Both the position numbers and the translations under genes were made by a program. Positions 1 through 15,000 of a stretch of DNA of 64,000 bases are shown here, one piece after another. A model generated the notes under the pieces. It did no database searches, was not told the DNA's origin, and worked only from the letters and a program-made list of their open reading frames with translations. Within the stretch, counting starts at the first letter, position 1. Every line of letters starts with the position of its first letter. Source of the stretch: Nemertoderma westbladi. Its lineage: Eukaryota; Animalia; Xenacoelomorpha. The stretch is taken from positions 71,322-135,321 of the forward strand of contig JAUCBJ010008528.1 of NCBI GenBank assembly GCA_032718475.1. The letters are read 5' to 3'.

Positions 1-3000
1 GTTGATTGTTTGTTTCCCTTCGTACTCCATGAGTTTATTGTTTGTTTCCCTTCGTACTCCATGAGTTTATTGTTTGTTTCCCTTCGTACTTCATAAGTTT
101 ATTGTTTGTTTCCCTTCGTACTCCATGAGTTTATTGTTTGTTTCACTTCGTACTTCATGAGTTGATTGTTTGTTTCCCTTCGTACTCCATGAGTTTATTG
201 TTTGTTTCCCTTCGTACTCCATGAGTTTATTGTTTGTTTCCCTTCGTACTTCATAAGTTTATTGTTTGTTTCCCTTCGTACTCCATGAGTTTATTGTTTG
301 TTTCCCTTCGTACTCCATGAGTTTATTGTTTGTTTCCCTTCGTACTCCATGAGTTTATTGTTTGTTTCCCTTCGCACTCCATGAGTTTATTGTTTGTTTC
401 CCTTCGTACTTCATGAGTTGATTGTTTGTTTCCCTTCGTACTCCATGAGTTTATTGTTTGTTTCCCTTCGTACTCCATGAGTTTATTGTTTGTTTCCCTT
501 CGTACTTCATAAGTTTATTGTTTGTTTCCCTTCGTACTCCATGAGTTTATTGTTTGTTTCCCTTCGTACTCCATGAGTTTATTGTTTGTTTCCCTTCGTA
601 CTCCATGAGTTTATTGTTTGTTTCCCTTCATACTCCTCATGAGTTTATTGTTTGTTTCCCTTCGTACTCCGTGAGTTTATTGTTTGTTTCCCTTCGTACT
701 CCATGAGTTTATTGTTTGTTTCCCTTCGTACTACGTGAGTTTATTGTTTGTTTCCCTTCGTACTCCATGAGTTTATTGTTTGTTTCCCCTCGTACTCCAT
801 GAGTTTATTGTTTGTTTGCCTTCCTCGTACTCCATGAGTTTATTGTTTGTTTCCCTTCGTACTCCATGAGTTTATTGTTTGTTTCCCCTCGTACTCCATG
901 AGTTTATTGTTTGTTTGCCTTCCTCGTACTCCATGAGTTTATTGTTTGTTTCCCTTCGTACTCCATGAGTTTATTGTTTATTTCCCTTCGTACTCCATGA
1001 GTTTATTGTTTGTTACCCTTCGTACTCCATGAGTTTATTGTTTGTTTCTCTTCGTACTCCATGAGTTTATTGTTTGTTACCCTTCGTACTCCATGAGTTT
1101 ATTGTTTGTATTCCTTCGTACTCCATGAGTTGATTGTTTGTTTCCCTTCGTACTCCATGGGTTTATTGTTTGTATTCCTTCGTACTCCATGAGTTTATTG
1201 TTTGTTTCCCCTCGTACTCCATGAGTTTATTGTTTGTTTGCCTTCCTCGTACTCCATGAGTTTATTGTTTGTTTCCCTTCGTACTCCATGAGTTTATTGT
1301 TTGTTTCCCCTCGTACTCCATGAGTTTTTTGTTTGTTTGCCTTCCTCGTACTCCATGAGTTTATTGTTTGTTTCCCTTCGTACTCCATGAGTTTATTGTT
1401 TATTTCCCTTCGTACTCCATGAGTTTATTGTTTGTTACCCTTCGTACTCCATGAGTTTATTGTTTGTTTCTCTTCGTACTCCATGAGTTTATTGTTTGTT
1501 ACCCTTCGTACTCCATGAGTTTATTGTTTGTTTCCCTTCGTACTACATGAGTTTATTGTTTGTATTCCTTCGTACTCCATGAGTTGATTGTTTGTTTCCC
1601 TTCGTACTCCATGAGTTTATTGTTTGTTTCCCTTCGTACTCCTCATGAGTTTATTGTTTGTTTCCCTTCGTACTCATGAGTTTATTGTTTGTATTCCTTC
1701 GTACTCCATGAGTTGATTGTTTGTTTCCCTTCGTATTCCATGAGTTTATTGTTTGTTTCCCTTCGTACTTCATGAGTTGATTGTTTGTTTCCCTTCGTAC
1801 TCCATGAGTTTATTGTTTGTTTCCCTTCGTACTCCATGAGTTTATTGTTTGTTTCCCTTCGTACTCCATGAGTTTATTGTTTGTTTCCCTTCGTACTCCA
1901 TGAGTTTATTGTTTGTTTCCCTTCGTACTCCATGAGTTGATTGTTTGTTTCCCTTCGTACTCCATGAGTTTATTGTTCGTTTCCCTTCGTACCCCATGAG
2001 TTGATTGTTTGTTTCCCTTCGTACTTCATGAATTGATTGTTTGTTTCCCTTCGTACTCCATGAGTTTATTGTTTGTTTCCCTTCGTACTCCATGAGTTTA
2101 TTGTTTGTTTCCCTTTGTACTCCATGAGTTGATTGTTTGTTTCCCTTCGTACTTCATGAGTTGATTGTTTGTTTCCCTTCGTACTCCTCATGAGTTTATT
2201 GTTTGTTTCCCTTCGCACTCATGAGTTTATTGTTTGTATTCCTTCGTACTCCATGAGTTTATTGTTTGTTTCTCTTCGTACTTCATGAGTTTATTGTTTG
2301 TTACCCTTCGTACTCCATGAGTTTATTGTTTGTTTCAATTCGTACTTCATGAGTTGATTGTTTGTTTCCCTTCGTAATCCATGAGTTTATTGTTTGTTTC
2401 CCTTCGTACTCCATGAGTTTATTGTTTGTTTCCCTTCGTACTCCATGAGTCTATTGTTTGTTTCCCTTCGTACTCCATGAGTTTATTGTTTGTTTCCCTT
2501 CGTACTCCATGAGTTTATTGTTTGTTTCCCTTCGCACTCCATGAGTTTATTGTTTGTTTCCCTTCGTACTCCATGAGTTGATTGTTTGTTTCCCTTCGTA
2601 CTCCATGAGTTTATTGTTCGTTTCCCTTCGTACTCCATGAGTTTATTGTTTGTTTCCCTTCCTACTCCATGAGTTGATTGTTTGTTTCCCTTCGTACTCC
2701 ATGAGTTGATTGTTTGTTTCCCTTCGCACTCCATGAGTTTATTGTTTGTTTCCCTTCGTACTCCATGAGTTGATTGTTTGTTTCCCTTCGTACTCCATGA
2801 GTTTATTGTTTGTTTCCCTTCGTACTCCATGAGTTTATTGTTTGTTTCCCTTCGCACTCCATGAGTTTATTGTTTGTTTCCCTTCGTACTCCATGAGTTT
2901 ATTGTTTGTTTCCCTTCGTACTCCTCATGAGTTTATTGTTTGTTTCCCTTCGTACTCCATGAGTTTATTGTTTGTTTCCCTTCCGCGTACTCCATGAGTT

Positions 3001-6000
3001 GATTGTTTGTTTCCCTTCGTACTCCATGAGTTTATTGTTTGTTTCCCTTCGTACTCCATGAGTTTATTGTTTGTATTCCTTCGTACTGCATGAGTTGATT
3101 GTTTGTTTCCCTTCGTACTCCATGAGTTTATTGTTTGTTTCCCTTCGTACTCCATGAGTTTATTGTTTGTTTCCCTTCGTACTCCATGAGTTTATTGTTT
3201 GTTTCTCTTCGTACTCCATGAGTTTATTGTTTGTTTCCCTTCGTACCCCATGAGTTGATTGTTTGTTTCCCTTCGTACTTCATGAGTTGATTGTTTGTTT
3301 CCCTTCGTACTCCATGAGTTTATTGTTTGTTTCCCTTCGTACTCCATGAGTTTATTGTTTGTTTCCCTTTGTACTCCATGAGTTGATTGTTTGTTTCCCT
3401 TCGTACTTCATGAGTTGATTGTTTGTTTCCCTTCGTACTCCATGAGTTTATTGTTTGTTTCCCTTCGTACTTCATAAGTTTATTGTTTGTTTCCCTTCGC
3501 ACTCATGAGTTTATTGTTTGTATTCCTTCGTACTCCATGAGTTTATTGTTTGTTTCTCTTCGTACTCCATTAGTTTATTGTTTGTTACCCTTCGTACTCC
3601 ATGAGTTTATTGTTTGTTTCACTTCGTACTTCATGAGTTGATTGTTTGTTTCCCTTCGTACTCCATGAGTTTATTGTTTGTTTCCCTTCGTACTCCATGA
3701 GTTTATTGTTTGTTTCCCTTCGTACTTCATAAGTTTATTGTTTGTTTCCCTTCGTACTCCATGAGTTTATTGTTTGTTTCCCTTCGTACTCCATGAGTTT
3801 ATTGTTTGTTTCCCTTCGTACTCCATGAGTTTATTGTTTGTTTCCCTTCGTACTCCATGAGTTTATTGTTTGTTTCCCTTCGTACTCCATGAGTTGATTG
3901 TTTGTTTCCCTTCGTACTCCATGAGTTTATTGTTCGTTTCCCTTCGTACCCCATGAGTTGATTGTTTGTTTCCCTTCGTACTTCATGAATTGATTGTTTG
4001 TTTCCCTTCGTACTCCATGAGTTTATTGTTTGTTTCCCTTCGTACTCCATGAGTTTATTGTTTGTTTCCCTTTGTACTCCATGAGTTGATTGTTTGTTTC
4101 CCTTCGTACTTCATGAGTTGATTGTTTGTTTCCCTTCGTACTCCTCATGAGTTTATTGTTTGTTTCCCTTCGCACTCATGAGTTTATTGTTTGTATTCCT
4201 TCGTACTCCATGAGTTTATTGTTTGTTTCTCTTCGTACTCCATGAGTTTATTGTTTGTTACCCTTCGTACTCCATGAGTTTATTGTTTGTTTCAATTCGT
4301 ACTTCATGAGTTGATTGTTTGTTTCCCTTCGTAATCCATGAGTTTATTGTTTGTTTCCCTTCGTACTCCATGAGTTTATTGTTTGTTTCCCTTCGTACTC
4401 CATGAGTCTATTGTTTGTTTCCCTTCGTACTCCATGAGTTTATTGTTTGTTTCCCTTCGTACTCCATGAGTTTATTGTTTGTTTCCCTTCGCACTCCATG
4501 AGTTTATTGTTTGTTTCCCTTCGTACTCCATGAGTTGATTGTTTGTTTCCCTTCGTACTCCATGAGTTTATTGTTCGTTTCCCTTCGTACTCCATGAGTT
4601 TATTGTTTGTTTCCCTTCCTACTCCATGAGTTGATTGTTTGTTTCCCTTCGTACTCCATGAGTTGATTGTTTGTTTCCCTTCGCACTCCATGAGTTTATT
4701 GTTTGTTTCCCTTCGTACTCCATGAGTTGATTGTTTGTTTCCCTTCGTACTCCATGAGTTTATTGTTTGTTTCCCTTCGTACTCCATGAGTTTATTGTTT
4801 GTTTCCCTTCGCACTCCATGAGTTTATTGTTTGTTTCCCTTCGTACTCCATGAGTTTATTGTTTGTTTCCCTTCGTACTCCTCATGAGTTTATTGTTTGT
4901 TTCCCTTCGTACTCCATGAGTTTATTGTTTGTTTCCCTTCCGCGTACTCCATGAGTTGATTGTTTGTTTCCCTTCGTACTCCATGAGTTTATTGTTTGTT
5001 TCCCTTCGTACTCCATGAGTTTATTGTTTGTATTCCTTCGTACTGCATGAGTTGATTGTTTGTTTCCCTTCGTACTCCATGAGTTTATTGTTTGTTTCCC
5101 TTCGTACTCCATGAGTTTATTGTTTGTTTCCCTTCGTACTCCATGAGTTTATTGTTTGTTTCTCTTCGTACTCCATGAGTTTATTGTTTGTTTCCCTTCG
5201 TACCCCATGAGTTGATTGTTTGTTTCCCTTCGTACTTCATGAGTTGATTGTTTGTTTCCCTTCGTACTCCATGAGTTGATTGTTTGTTTCCCTTCGTACT
5301 CCATGAGTTTATTGTTTGTTTCCCTTTGTACTCCATGAGTTGATTGTTTGTTTCCCTTCGTACTTCATGAGTTGATTGTTTGTTTCCCTTCGTACTCCAT
5401 GAGTTTATTGTTTGTTTCCCTTCGTACTTCATAAGTTTATTGTTTGTTTCCCTTCGCACTCATGAGTTTATTGTTTGTATTCCTTCGTACTCCATGAGTT
5501 TATTGTTTGTTTCTCTTCGTACTCCATTAGTTTATTGTTTGTTACCCTTCGTACTCCATGAGTTTATTGTTTGTTTCACTTCGTACTTCATGAGTTGATT
5601 GTTTGTTTCCCTTCGTACTCCATGAGTTTATTGTTTGTTTCCCTTCGTACTCCATGAGTTTATTGTTTGTTTCCCTTCGTACTTCATAAGTTTATTGTTT
5701 GTTTCCCTTCGTACTCCATGAGTTTATTGTTTGTTTCCCTTCGTACTCCATGAGTTTATTGTTTGTTTCCCTTCATACTCCATGAGTTTATTGTTTGTTT
5801 CCCTTCGCACTCCATGAGTTTATTGTTTGTTTCCCTTCGTACTCCATGAGTTGATTGTTTGTTTCCCTTCATACTCCTCATGAGTTTATTGTTTGTTTCC
5901 CTTCGTACTCCGTGAGTTTATTGTTTGTTTCCCTTCGTACTCCATGAGTTTATTGTTTGTTTCCCTTCGTACTACGTGAGTTTATTGTTTGTTTCCCTTC

Positions 6001-9000
6001 GTACTCCATGAGTTTATTGTTTGTTTCCCCTCGTACTCCATGAGTTTATTGTTTGTTTGCCTTCCTCGTACTCCATGAGTTTATTGTTTGTTTCCCTTCG
6101 TACTCCATGAGTTTATTGTTTGTTTCCCCTCGTACTCCATGTGTTTATTGTTTGTTTGCCTTCCTCGTACTCCATGAGTTTATTGTTTGTTTCCCTTCGT
6201 ACTCCATGAGTTTATTGTTTATTTCCCTTCGTACTCCATGAGTTTATTGTTTGTTACCCTTCGTACTCCATGAGTTTATTGTTTGTTTCTCTTCGTACTC
6301 CATGAGTTTATTGTTTGTTACCCTTCGTACTCCATGAGTTTATTGTTTGTTTCCCTTCGTACTCCATGAGTTTATTGTTTGTATTCCTTCGTACTCCATG
6401 AGTTGATTGTTTGTTTCCCTTCGTACTCCATGAGTTTATTGTTTGTTTCCCTTCGTACTCCTCATGAGTTTATTGTTTGTTTCCCTTCGTACTCATGAGT
6501 TTATTGTTTGTATTCCTTCGTACTCCATGAGTTGATTGTTTGTTTCCCTTCGTACTCCATGAGTTTATTGTTTGTTTCCCTTCGTACTTCATGAGTTGAT
6601 TGTTTGTTTCCCTTCGTACTCCATGAGTTTATTGTTTGTTTCCCTTCGTACTCCATGAGTTTATTGTTTGTTTCCCTTCGTACTCCATGAGTTTATTGTT
6701 TGTTTCCCTTCGTACTCCATGAGTTTATTGTTTGTTTCCCTTCGTACTCAATGAGTTGATTGTTTGTTTCCCTTCGTACTCCATGAGTTTATTGTTCGTT
6801 TCCCTTCGTTCCCCATGAGTTGATTGTTTGTTTCCCTTCGTACTTCATGAATTGATTGTTTGTTTCCCTTCGTACTTCATGAGTTGATTGTTTGTTTCCC
6901 TTCGTACTCCTCATGAGTTTATTGTTTGTTTCCCTTCGCACTCATGAGTTTATTGTTTGTATTCCTTCGTACTCCATGAGTTTATTGTTTGTTTCTCTTC
7001 GTACTCCATGAGTTTATTGTTTGTTACCCTTCGTACTCCATGAGTTTATTGTTTGTTTCACTTCGTACTTCATGAGTTGATTGTTTGTTTCCCTTCGTAC
7101 TCCATGAGTTTATTGTTTGTTTCCCTTCGTACTCCATGAGTTTATTGTTTGTTTCCCTTCGTACTCCATGAGTTTATTGTTTGTTTCCCTTCGTACACCA
7201 TGAGTTTATTGTTTGTTTCCCTTCGCACTCCATGAGTTTATTGTTTGTTTCCCTTCGTACTCCATGAGTTGATTGTTTGTTTCCCTTCGTACTCCTCATG
7301 AGTTTATTGTTTGTTTCCCTTCGTACTCCGTGAGTTTATTGTTTGTTTCCCTTCGTACTCCATGAGTTTATTGTTTGTTTCCCCTCGTACTCCATGAGTT
7401 TATTGTTTGTTTGCCTTCCTCGTACTCCATGAGTTTATTGTTTGTTTCCCTTCGTACTCCATGAGTTTATTGTTTTTTTCCCCTCGTACTCCATGAGTTT
7501 ATTGTTTGTTTGCCTTCCTCGTACTCCATGAGTTTATTGTTTGTTTCCCTTCGTACTCCATGAGTTTATTGTTTATTTCCCTTCGTACTCCATGAGTTCA
7601 TTGTTTGTTTCCCTTCGTACTCCATGAGTTTATTGTTTGTTTCCCTTCGTACTCCATGAGTTTATTGTTTGTTTCCCTTTGTACTCCATGAGTTGATTGT
7701 TTGTTTCCCTTCGTACTTCATGAGTTGATTGTTTGTTTCTCTTCGTACTCCATGAGTTTATTGTTTGTTTCCCTTCGTACTCCATGAGTTTATTGTTTGT
7801 TTCTCTTCGTACTCCATGAGTTTATTGTTTGTTTCCCTTCGTACTCCATGAGTTTATTGTTTGTTTCCCTTTGTACTTCATGAGTTGATTGTTTGTTTCC
7901 CTTCGTACTTCATGAGTTGATTGTTTGTTTCCCTTCGTACTCCTCATGAGTTTATTGTTTGTTTCCCTTCGCACTCATGAGTTTATTGTTTGTATTCCTT
8001 CGTACTCCATGAGTTTATTGTTTGTTTCTCTTCGTACTCCATTAGTTTATTGTTTGTTACCCTTCGTACTCCATGAGTTTATTGTTTGTTTCACTTCGTA
8101 CTTCATGAGTTGATTGTTTGTTTCCCTTCGTACTCCATGAGTTTATTGTTTGTTTCCCTTCGTACTCCATGAGTTTATTGTTTGTTTCCCTTCGCACTTC
8201 ATAAGTTTATTGTTTGTTTCCCTTCGTACTCCGTGAGTTTATTGTTTGTTTCCCTTCGTACTCCATGAGTTTATTGTTTGTTTCCCTTCGTACTCCGTGA
8301 GTTTATTGTTTGTTTCCCTTCGTACTCCTCATGAGTTTATTGTTTGTTTCCCTTCGTACTCCATGAGTTTATTGTTTGTATTCCTTCGTACTCCATGAGT
8401 TGATTGTTTGTTTCCCTTCGTACTCCATGAGTTTATTGTTTATTTCCCTTCGTACTCCATGAGTTTATTGTTTGTTACCCTTCGTACTCCATGAGTTTAT
8501 TGTTTGTTTCTCTTCGTACTCCATGAGTTTATTGTTTGTTACCCTTCGTACTCCATGAGTTTATTGTTCGTTTCCCTTCGTACCCCATGAGTTGATTGTT
8601 TGTTTCCCTTCGTACTTCATGAATTGATTGTTTGTTTCCCTTCGTACTCCATGAGTTTATTGTTTGTTTCCCTTCGTACTCCATGAGTTTATTGTTTGTT
8701 TCCCTTTGTACTCCATGAGTTGATTGTTTGTTTCCCTTCATACTTCATGAATTGATTGTTTGTTTCCCTTCGTACTCCATGAGTTTATTGTTTGTTTCCC
8801 TTCGTACTCCATGAGTTTATTGTTTGTTTCCCTTTGTACTCCATGAGTTGATTGTTTGTTTCCCTTCATACTTCATGAGTTGATTCTTTGTTTCCCTTCG
8901 TACTCCATGAGTTTATTGTTTATTTCCCTTCGTACTCCATGAGTTTATTGTTTGTTACCCTTCGTACTCCATGAGTTTATTGTTTGTTTCTCTTCGTACT

Positions 9001-12000
9001 CCATGAGTTTATTGTTTGTTACCCTTCGTACTCCATGAGTTTATTGTTTGTTACCCTTCGTACTCCATGAGTTTATTGTTTGTTTCTCTTCGTACTCCAT
9101 GAGTTTATTGTTTGTTTCCCTTCGTACTCCATGAGTTTATTGTTTGTTTCCCTTCGTACTCCATGAGTTTATTGTTTGTTTCCCTTCCGCGTACTCCATG
9201 AGTTGATTGTTTGTTTCCCTTCGTACTCCATGAGTTTATTGTTTGTTTCCCTTCGTACTCCATGAGTTTATTGTTTGTATTCCTTCGTACTGCATGAGTT
9301 GATTGTTTGTTTCCCTTCGTACTCCATGAGTTTATTGTTTGTTTCCCTTCGTACTCCATGAGTTTATTGTTTGTTTCCCTTCGTACTCCATGAGTTTATT
9401 GTTTGTTTCTCTTCGTACTCCATGAGTTTATTGTTTGTTTCCCTTCGTACCCCATGAGTTGATTGTTTGTTTCCCTTCGTACTTCATGAGTTGATTGTTT
9501 GTTTCCCTTCGTACTCCATGAGTTTATTGTTTGTTTCCCTTCGTACTCCATGAGTTTATTGTTTGTTTCCCTTTGTACTCCATGAGTTGATTGTTTGTTT
9601 CCCTTCGTACTTCATGAGTTGATTGTTTGTTTCCCTTCGTACTCCTCATGAATTTATTGTTTGTTTCCCTTCGCACTCATATAGTTTATTGTTTGTATTC
9701 CTTCGTACTCCATGAGTTTATTGTTTGTTTCTCTTCGTACTCCATTAGTTTATTGTTTGTTACCCTTCGTACTCCATGAGTTTATTGTTTGTTTCACTTC
9801 GTACTTCATGAGTTGATTGTTTGTTTCCCTTCGTACTCCATGAGTTTATTGTTTGTTTCCCTTCGTACTCCATGAGTTTATTGTTTGTTTCCCTTCGTAC
9901 TTCATAAGTTTATTGTTTGTTTCCCTTCGTACTCCATGAGTTTATTGTTTGTTTCCCTTCGTACTCCATGAGTTTATTGTTTGTTTCCCTTCGTACTCCA
10001 TGAGTTTATTGTTTGTTTCCCTTCGCACTCCATGAGTTTATTGTTTGTTTCCCTTCGTACTCCATGAGTTGATTGTTTGTTTCCCTTCATACTCCTCATG
10101 AGTTTATTGTTTGTTTCCCTTCGTACTCCGTGAGTTTATTGTTTGTTTCCCTTCGTACTCCATGAGTTTATTGTTTGTTTCCCTTCGTACTCCGTGAGTT
10201 TATTGTTTGTTTCCCTTCGTACTCCATGAGTTTATTGTTTGTTTCCCCTCGTACTCCATGAGTTTATTGTTTGTTTGCCTTCCTCGTACTCCATGAGTTT
10301 ATTGTTTGTTTCCCTTCGTACTCCATGAGTTTATTGTTTGTTTCCCCTCGTACTCCATGAGTTTATTGTTTGTTTGCCTTCCTCGTACTCCATGAGTTTA
10401 TTGTTTGTTTCCCTTCGTACTCCATGAGTTTATTGTTTATTTCCCTTCGTACTCCATGAGTTTATTGTTTGTTACCCTTCGTACTCCATGAGTTTATTGT
10501 TTGTTTCTCTTCGTACTCCATGAGTTTATTGTTTGTTACCCTTCGTACTCCATGAGTTTATTGTTTGTTTCCCTTCGTACTCCATGAGTTTATTGTTTGT
10601 ATTCCTTCGTACTCCATGAGTTGATTGTTTGTTTCCCTACGTACTCCATGAGTTTATTGTTTGTTACCCTTCGTACTCCATGAGTTTATTGTTTGTTACC
10701 CTTCGTACTCCATGAGTTTATTGTTTATTTCCCTTCGTACTCCATGAGTTTATTGTTTGTTACCCTTCGTACTCCATGAGTTTATTGTTTGTTTCTCTTC
10801 GTACTCCATGAGTTTATTGTTTGTTACCCTTCGTACTCCATGAGTTTATTGTTTGTTACCCTTCGTACTCCATGAGTTTATTGTTTGTTTCCCTTCGTAC
10901 TCCATGAGTTTATTGTTTGTATTCCTTCGTACTCCATGAGTTGATTGTTTGTTTCCCTTCGTACTCCATGAGTTTATTGTTTGTTTCCCTTCGTACTCCT
11001 CATGAGTTTATTGTTTGTTTCCCTTCGTACTCATGAGTTTATTGTTTGTATTCCTTCGTACTCCATGAGTTGATTGTTTGTTTCCCTTCGTACTCCATGA
11101 GTTTATTGTTTGTTTCCCTTCGTACTCCTCATGAGTTTATTGTTTGTTACCCTTCGTACTTCATGAGTTGATTGTTTGTTTCCCTTCGTACTCCATGAGT
11201 TTATTGTTTGTTTCCCTTCGTACTCAATGAGTTGATTGTTTGTTTCCCTTCGTACTCCATGAGTTTATTGTTCGTTTCCCTTCGTACTCCATGAGTTTAT
11301 TGTTTGTTTCCCTTCGTACTCCATGAGTTTATTGTTCGTTTCCCTTCGTACTCCATGAGTTTATTGTTTGTTTCCCTACGTACTCCATGAGTTTATTGTT
11401 TGTTACCCTTCGTACTTCATGAGTTGATTGTTTGTTTCCCTTCGTACTCCATGAGTTTATTGTTTGTTTCCCTTCGTACTCCATGAGTTTATTGTTTGTT
11501 TCCCTTCGTACTCCATGAGTTTATTGTTTGTTTCCCTTCGTACTCCATGAGTTTATTGTTTGTTTCCCTTCGTACTCAATGAGTTGATTGTATGTTTCCC
11601 TTCGTACTCCATGAGTTTATTGTTCGTTTCCCTTCGTACCCCATGAGTTGATTGTTTGTTTCCCTTCGTACTTCATGAATTGATTGTTTGTTTCCCTTCG
11701 TACTCCATGAGTTTATTGTTTGTTTCCCTTCGTACTCCATGAGTTTATTGTTTGTTTCCCTTTGTACTCCATGAGTTGATTGTTTGTTTCCCTTCGTACT
11801 TCATGAGTTGATTGTTTGTTTCCCTTCGTACTCCTCATGAGTTTATTGTTTGTTTCCCTTCGCACTCATGAGTTTATTGTTTGTATTCCTTCGTACTCCA
11901 TGAGTTTATTGTTTGTTTCTCTTCGTACTCCATGAGTTTATTGTTTGTTACCCTTCGTACTCCATGAGTTTATTGTTTGTTTCACTTCGTACTTCATGAG

Positions 12001-15000
12001 TTGATTGTTTGTTTCCCTTCGTACTCCATGAGTTTATTGTTTGTTTCCCTTCGTACTCCATGAGTTTATTGTTTGTTTCCCTTCGTACTTCATGAGTTGA
12101 TTGTTTGTTTCCCTTCGTACTCCATGAGTTTATTGTTTGTTTCCCTTCGTACTCCATGAGTTTATTGTTTGTTTCCCTTCGTACTCCATGAGTTTATTGT
12201 TTGTTTCCCTTCGTACTCCATGAGTTTATTGTTTGTTTCCCTTCGTACTCAATGAGTTGATTGTTTGTTTCCCTTCGTACTCCATGAGTTTATTGTTCGT
12301 TTCCCTTCGTACCCCATGAGTTGATTGTTTGTTTCCCTTCGTACTTCATGAATTGATTGTTTGTTTCCCTTCGTACTCCATGAGTTTATTGTTTGTTTCC
12401 CTTCGTACTCCATGAGTTTATTGTTTGTTTCCCTTTGTACTCCATGAGTTGATTGTTTGTTTCCCTTCGTACTCCATGAGTTGATTGTTTGTTTCCCTTC
12501 GTACTCCTCATGAGTTTATTGTTTGTTTCCCTTCGCACTCATGAGTTTATTGTTTGTATTCCTTCGTACTCCATGAGTTTATTGTTTGTTTCGCTTCGTA
12601 CTCCATGAGTTTATTGTTTGTTACCCTTCGTACTCCATGAGTTTATTGTTTGTTTCACTTCGTACTTCATGAGTTGATTGTTTGTTTCCCTTCGTACTCC
12701 ATGAGTTTATTGTTTGTTTCCCTTCGTACTCCATGAGTTTATTGTTTGTTTCCCTTCGTACTCCATGAGTTTATTGTTTGTTTCCCTTCGTACTCCATGA
12801 GTTTATTGTTTGTTTCCCTTCGTACTCCATGAGTTTATTGTTTGTTTCCCTTCGCACTCCATGAGTTTATTGTTTGTTTCCCTTCGTACTCCATGAGTTG
12901 ATTGTTTGTTTCCCTTCGTACTCCTCATGAGTTTATTGTTTGTTTCCCTTCGTACTCCGTGAGTTTATTGTTTGTTTCCCTTCGTACTCCATGAGTTTAT
13001 TGTTTGTTTCCCCTCGTACTCCATGAGTTTATTGTTTGTTTGCCTTCCTCGTACTCCATGAGTTTATTGTTTGTTTCCCTTCGTACTCCATAAGTTTATT
13101 GTTTTTTTCCCCTCGTACTCCATGAGTTTATTGTTTGTTTGCCTTCCTCGTACTCCATGAGTTTATTGTTTGTTTCCCTTCGTACTCCATGAGTTTATTG
13201 TTTATTTCCCTTCGTACTCCATGAGTTTATTGTTTGTTTCCCTTCGTACTCCATGAGTTTATTGTTTGTTTCTCTTCGTACTCCATGAGTTTATTGTTTG
13301 TTACCCTTCGTACTCCATGAGTTTATTGTTTATTTCCCTTCGTACTCCATGAGTTTATTGTTTGTTACCCTTCGTACTCCATGAGTTTATTGTTTGTTAC
13401 CCTTCGTACTCCATGAGTTTATTGTTTGTTTCCCTGTGTACTCCATGAGTTTATTGTTTGTTACCCTTCGTACTCCATGAGTTTATTGTTTGTTTCTCTT
13501 CGTACTCCATGAGTTTATTGTTTGTTTCCCTTTGTACTCCATGAGTTTATTGTTTATTTCCCTTCGTACTCCATGAGTTTATTGTTTGTTACCCTTCGTA
13601 CTCCATGAGTTTATTGTTTGTTTCTCTTCGTACTCCATGAGTTTATTGTTTGTTACCCTTCGTACTCCATGAGTTTATTGTTTATTTCCCTTCGTACTCC
13701 ATGAGTTGATTGTTTGTTTTCCTACGTACTCCATGAGTTGATTGTTTGTTTCCCTTCGTACTTCATGAATTGATTGTTTGTTTCCCTTCGTACTCCATGA
13801 GTTTATTGTTTGTTTCCCTTCGTACTCCATGAGTTTATTGTTTGTTTCCCTTCGCACTCCATGAGTTTATTGTTTGTATTCCTTCGTACTTCATGAGTTG
13901 ATTGTTTGTTTCCCTTCGTACTCCTCATGAGTTTATTGTTTGTTTCCCTTCGCACTCATGAGTTTATTGTTTGTATTCCTTCGTACTCCATGAGTTTATT
14001 GTTTGTTTCTCTTCGTACTCCATGAGTTTATTGTTTGTTACCTTTCGTACTCCATGAGTTTATTGTTTGTTTCACTTCGTACTTCATGAGTTTATTGTTT
14101 GTTTGCCTTCCTCGTACTCCATGAGTTTATTGTTTGTTTCCCTTCGTACTCCATGAGTTTATTGTTTTTTTCCCCTCGTACTCCATGAGTTTATTGTTTG
14201 TTTGCCTTCCTCGTACTCCATGAGTTTATTGTTTGTTTCCCTTCGTACTCCATGAGTTTATTGTTTATTTCCCTTCGTACTCCATGAGTTTATTGTTTGT
14301 TACCCTTCGTACTCCATGAGTTTATTGTTTGTTTCTCTTCGTACTCCATGAGTTTATTGTTTGTTACCCTTCGTACTCCATGAGTTTATTGTTTGTTTCC
14401 CTTCGTACTCCATGAGTTTATTGTTTGTTTCCCTTCGTACTCCATGAGTTTATTGTTTGTTTCCCTTCCGCGTACTCCATGAGTTGATTGTTTGTTTCCC
14501 TTCGTACTCCTCATGAGTTTATTGTTTGTTTCCCTTCGTACTCCATGAGTTTATTGTTTGTATTCCTTCGTACTCCATGAGTTGATTGTTTGTTTCCCTT
14601 CGTACTCCATGAGTTTATTGTTTGTTTCCCTTCGTACTCCATGAGTTTATTGTTTGTTTCCCTTCGTACTCCATGAGTTTATTGTTTGTTTCCCTTCGTA
14701 CTCCATGAGTTTATTGTTTGTTTCCCTTCGTACCCCATGAGTTGATTGTTTGTTTCCCTTCGTACTTCATGAGTTGATTGTTTGTTTCCCTTCGTACTCC
14801 ATGAGTTTATTGTTTGTTTCCCTTCGTACTCCATGAGTTTATTGTTTGTTTCCCTTTGTACTCCATGAGTTGATTGTTTGTTTCCCTTCGTACTTCATGA
14901 GTTGATTGTTTGTTTCTCTTCGTACTCCATGAGTTTATTGTTTGTTTCCCTTCGCACTCCATGAGTTTATTGTTTGTTTCTCTTCGTACTCCATGAGTTT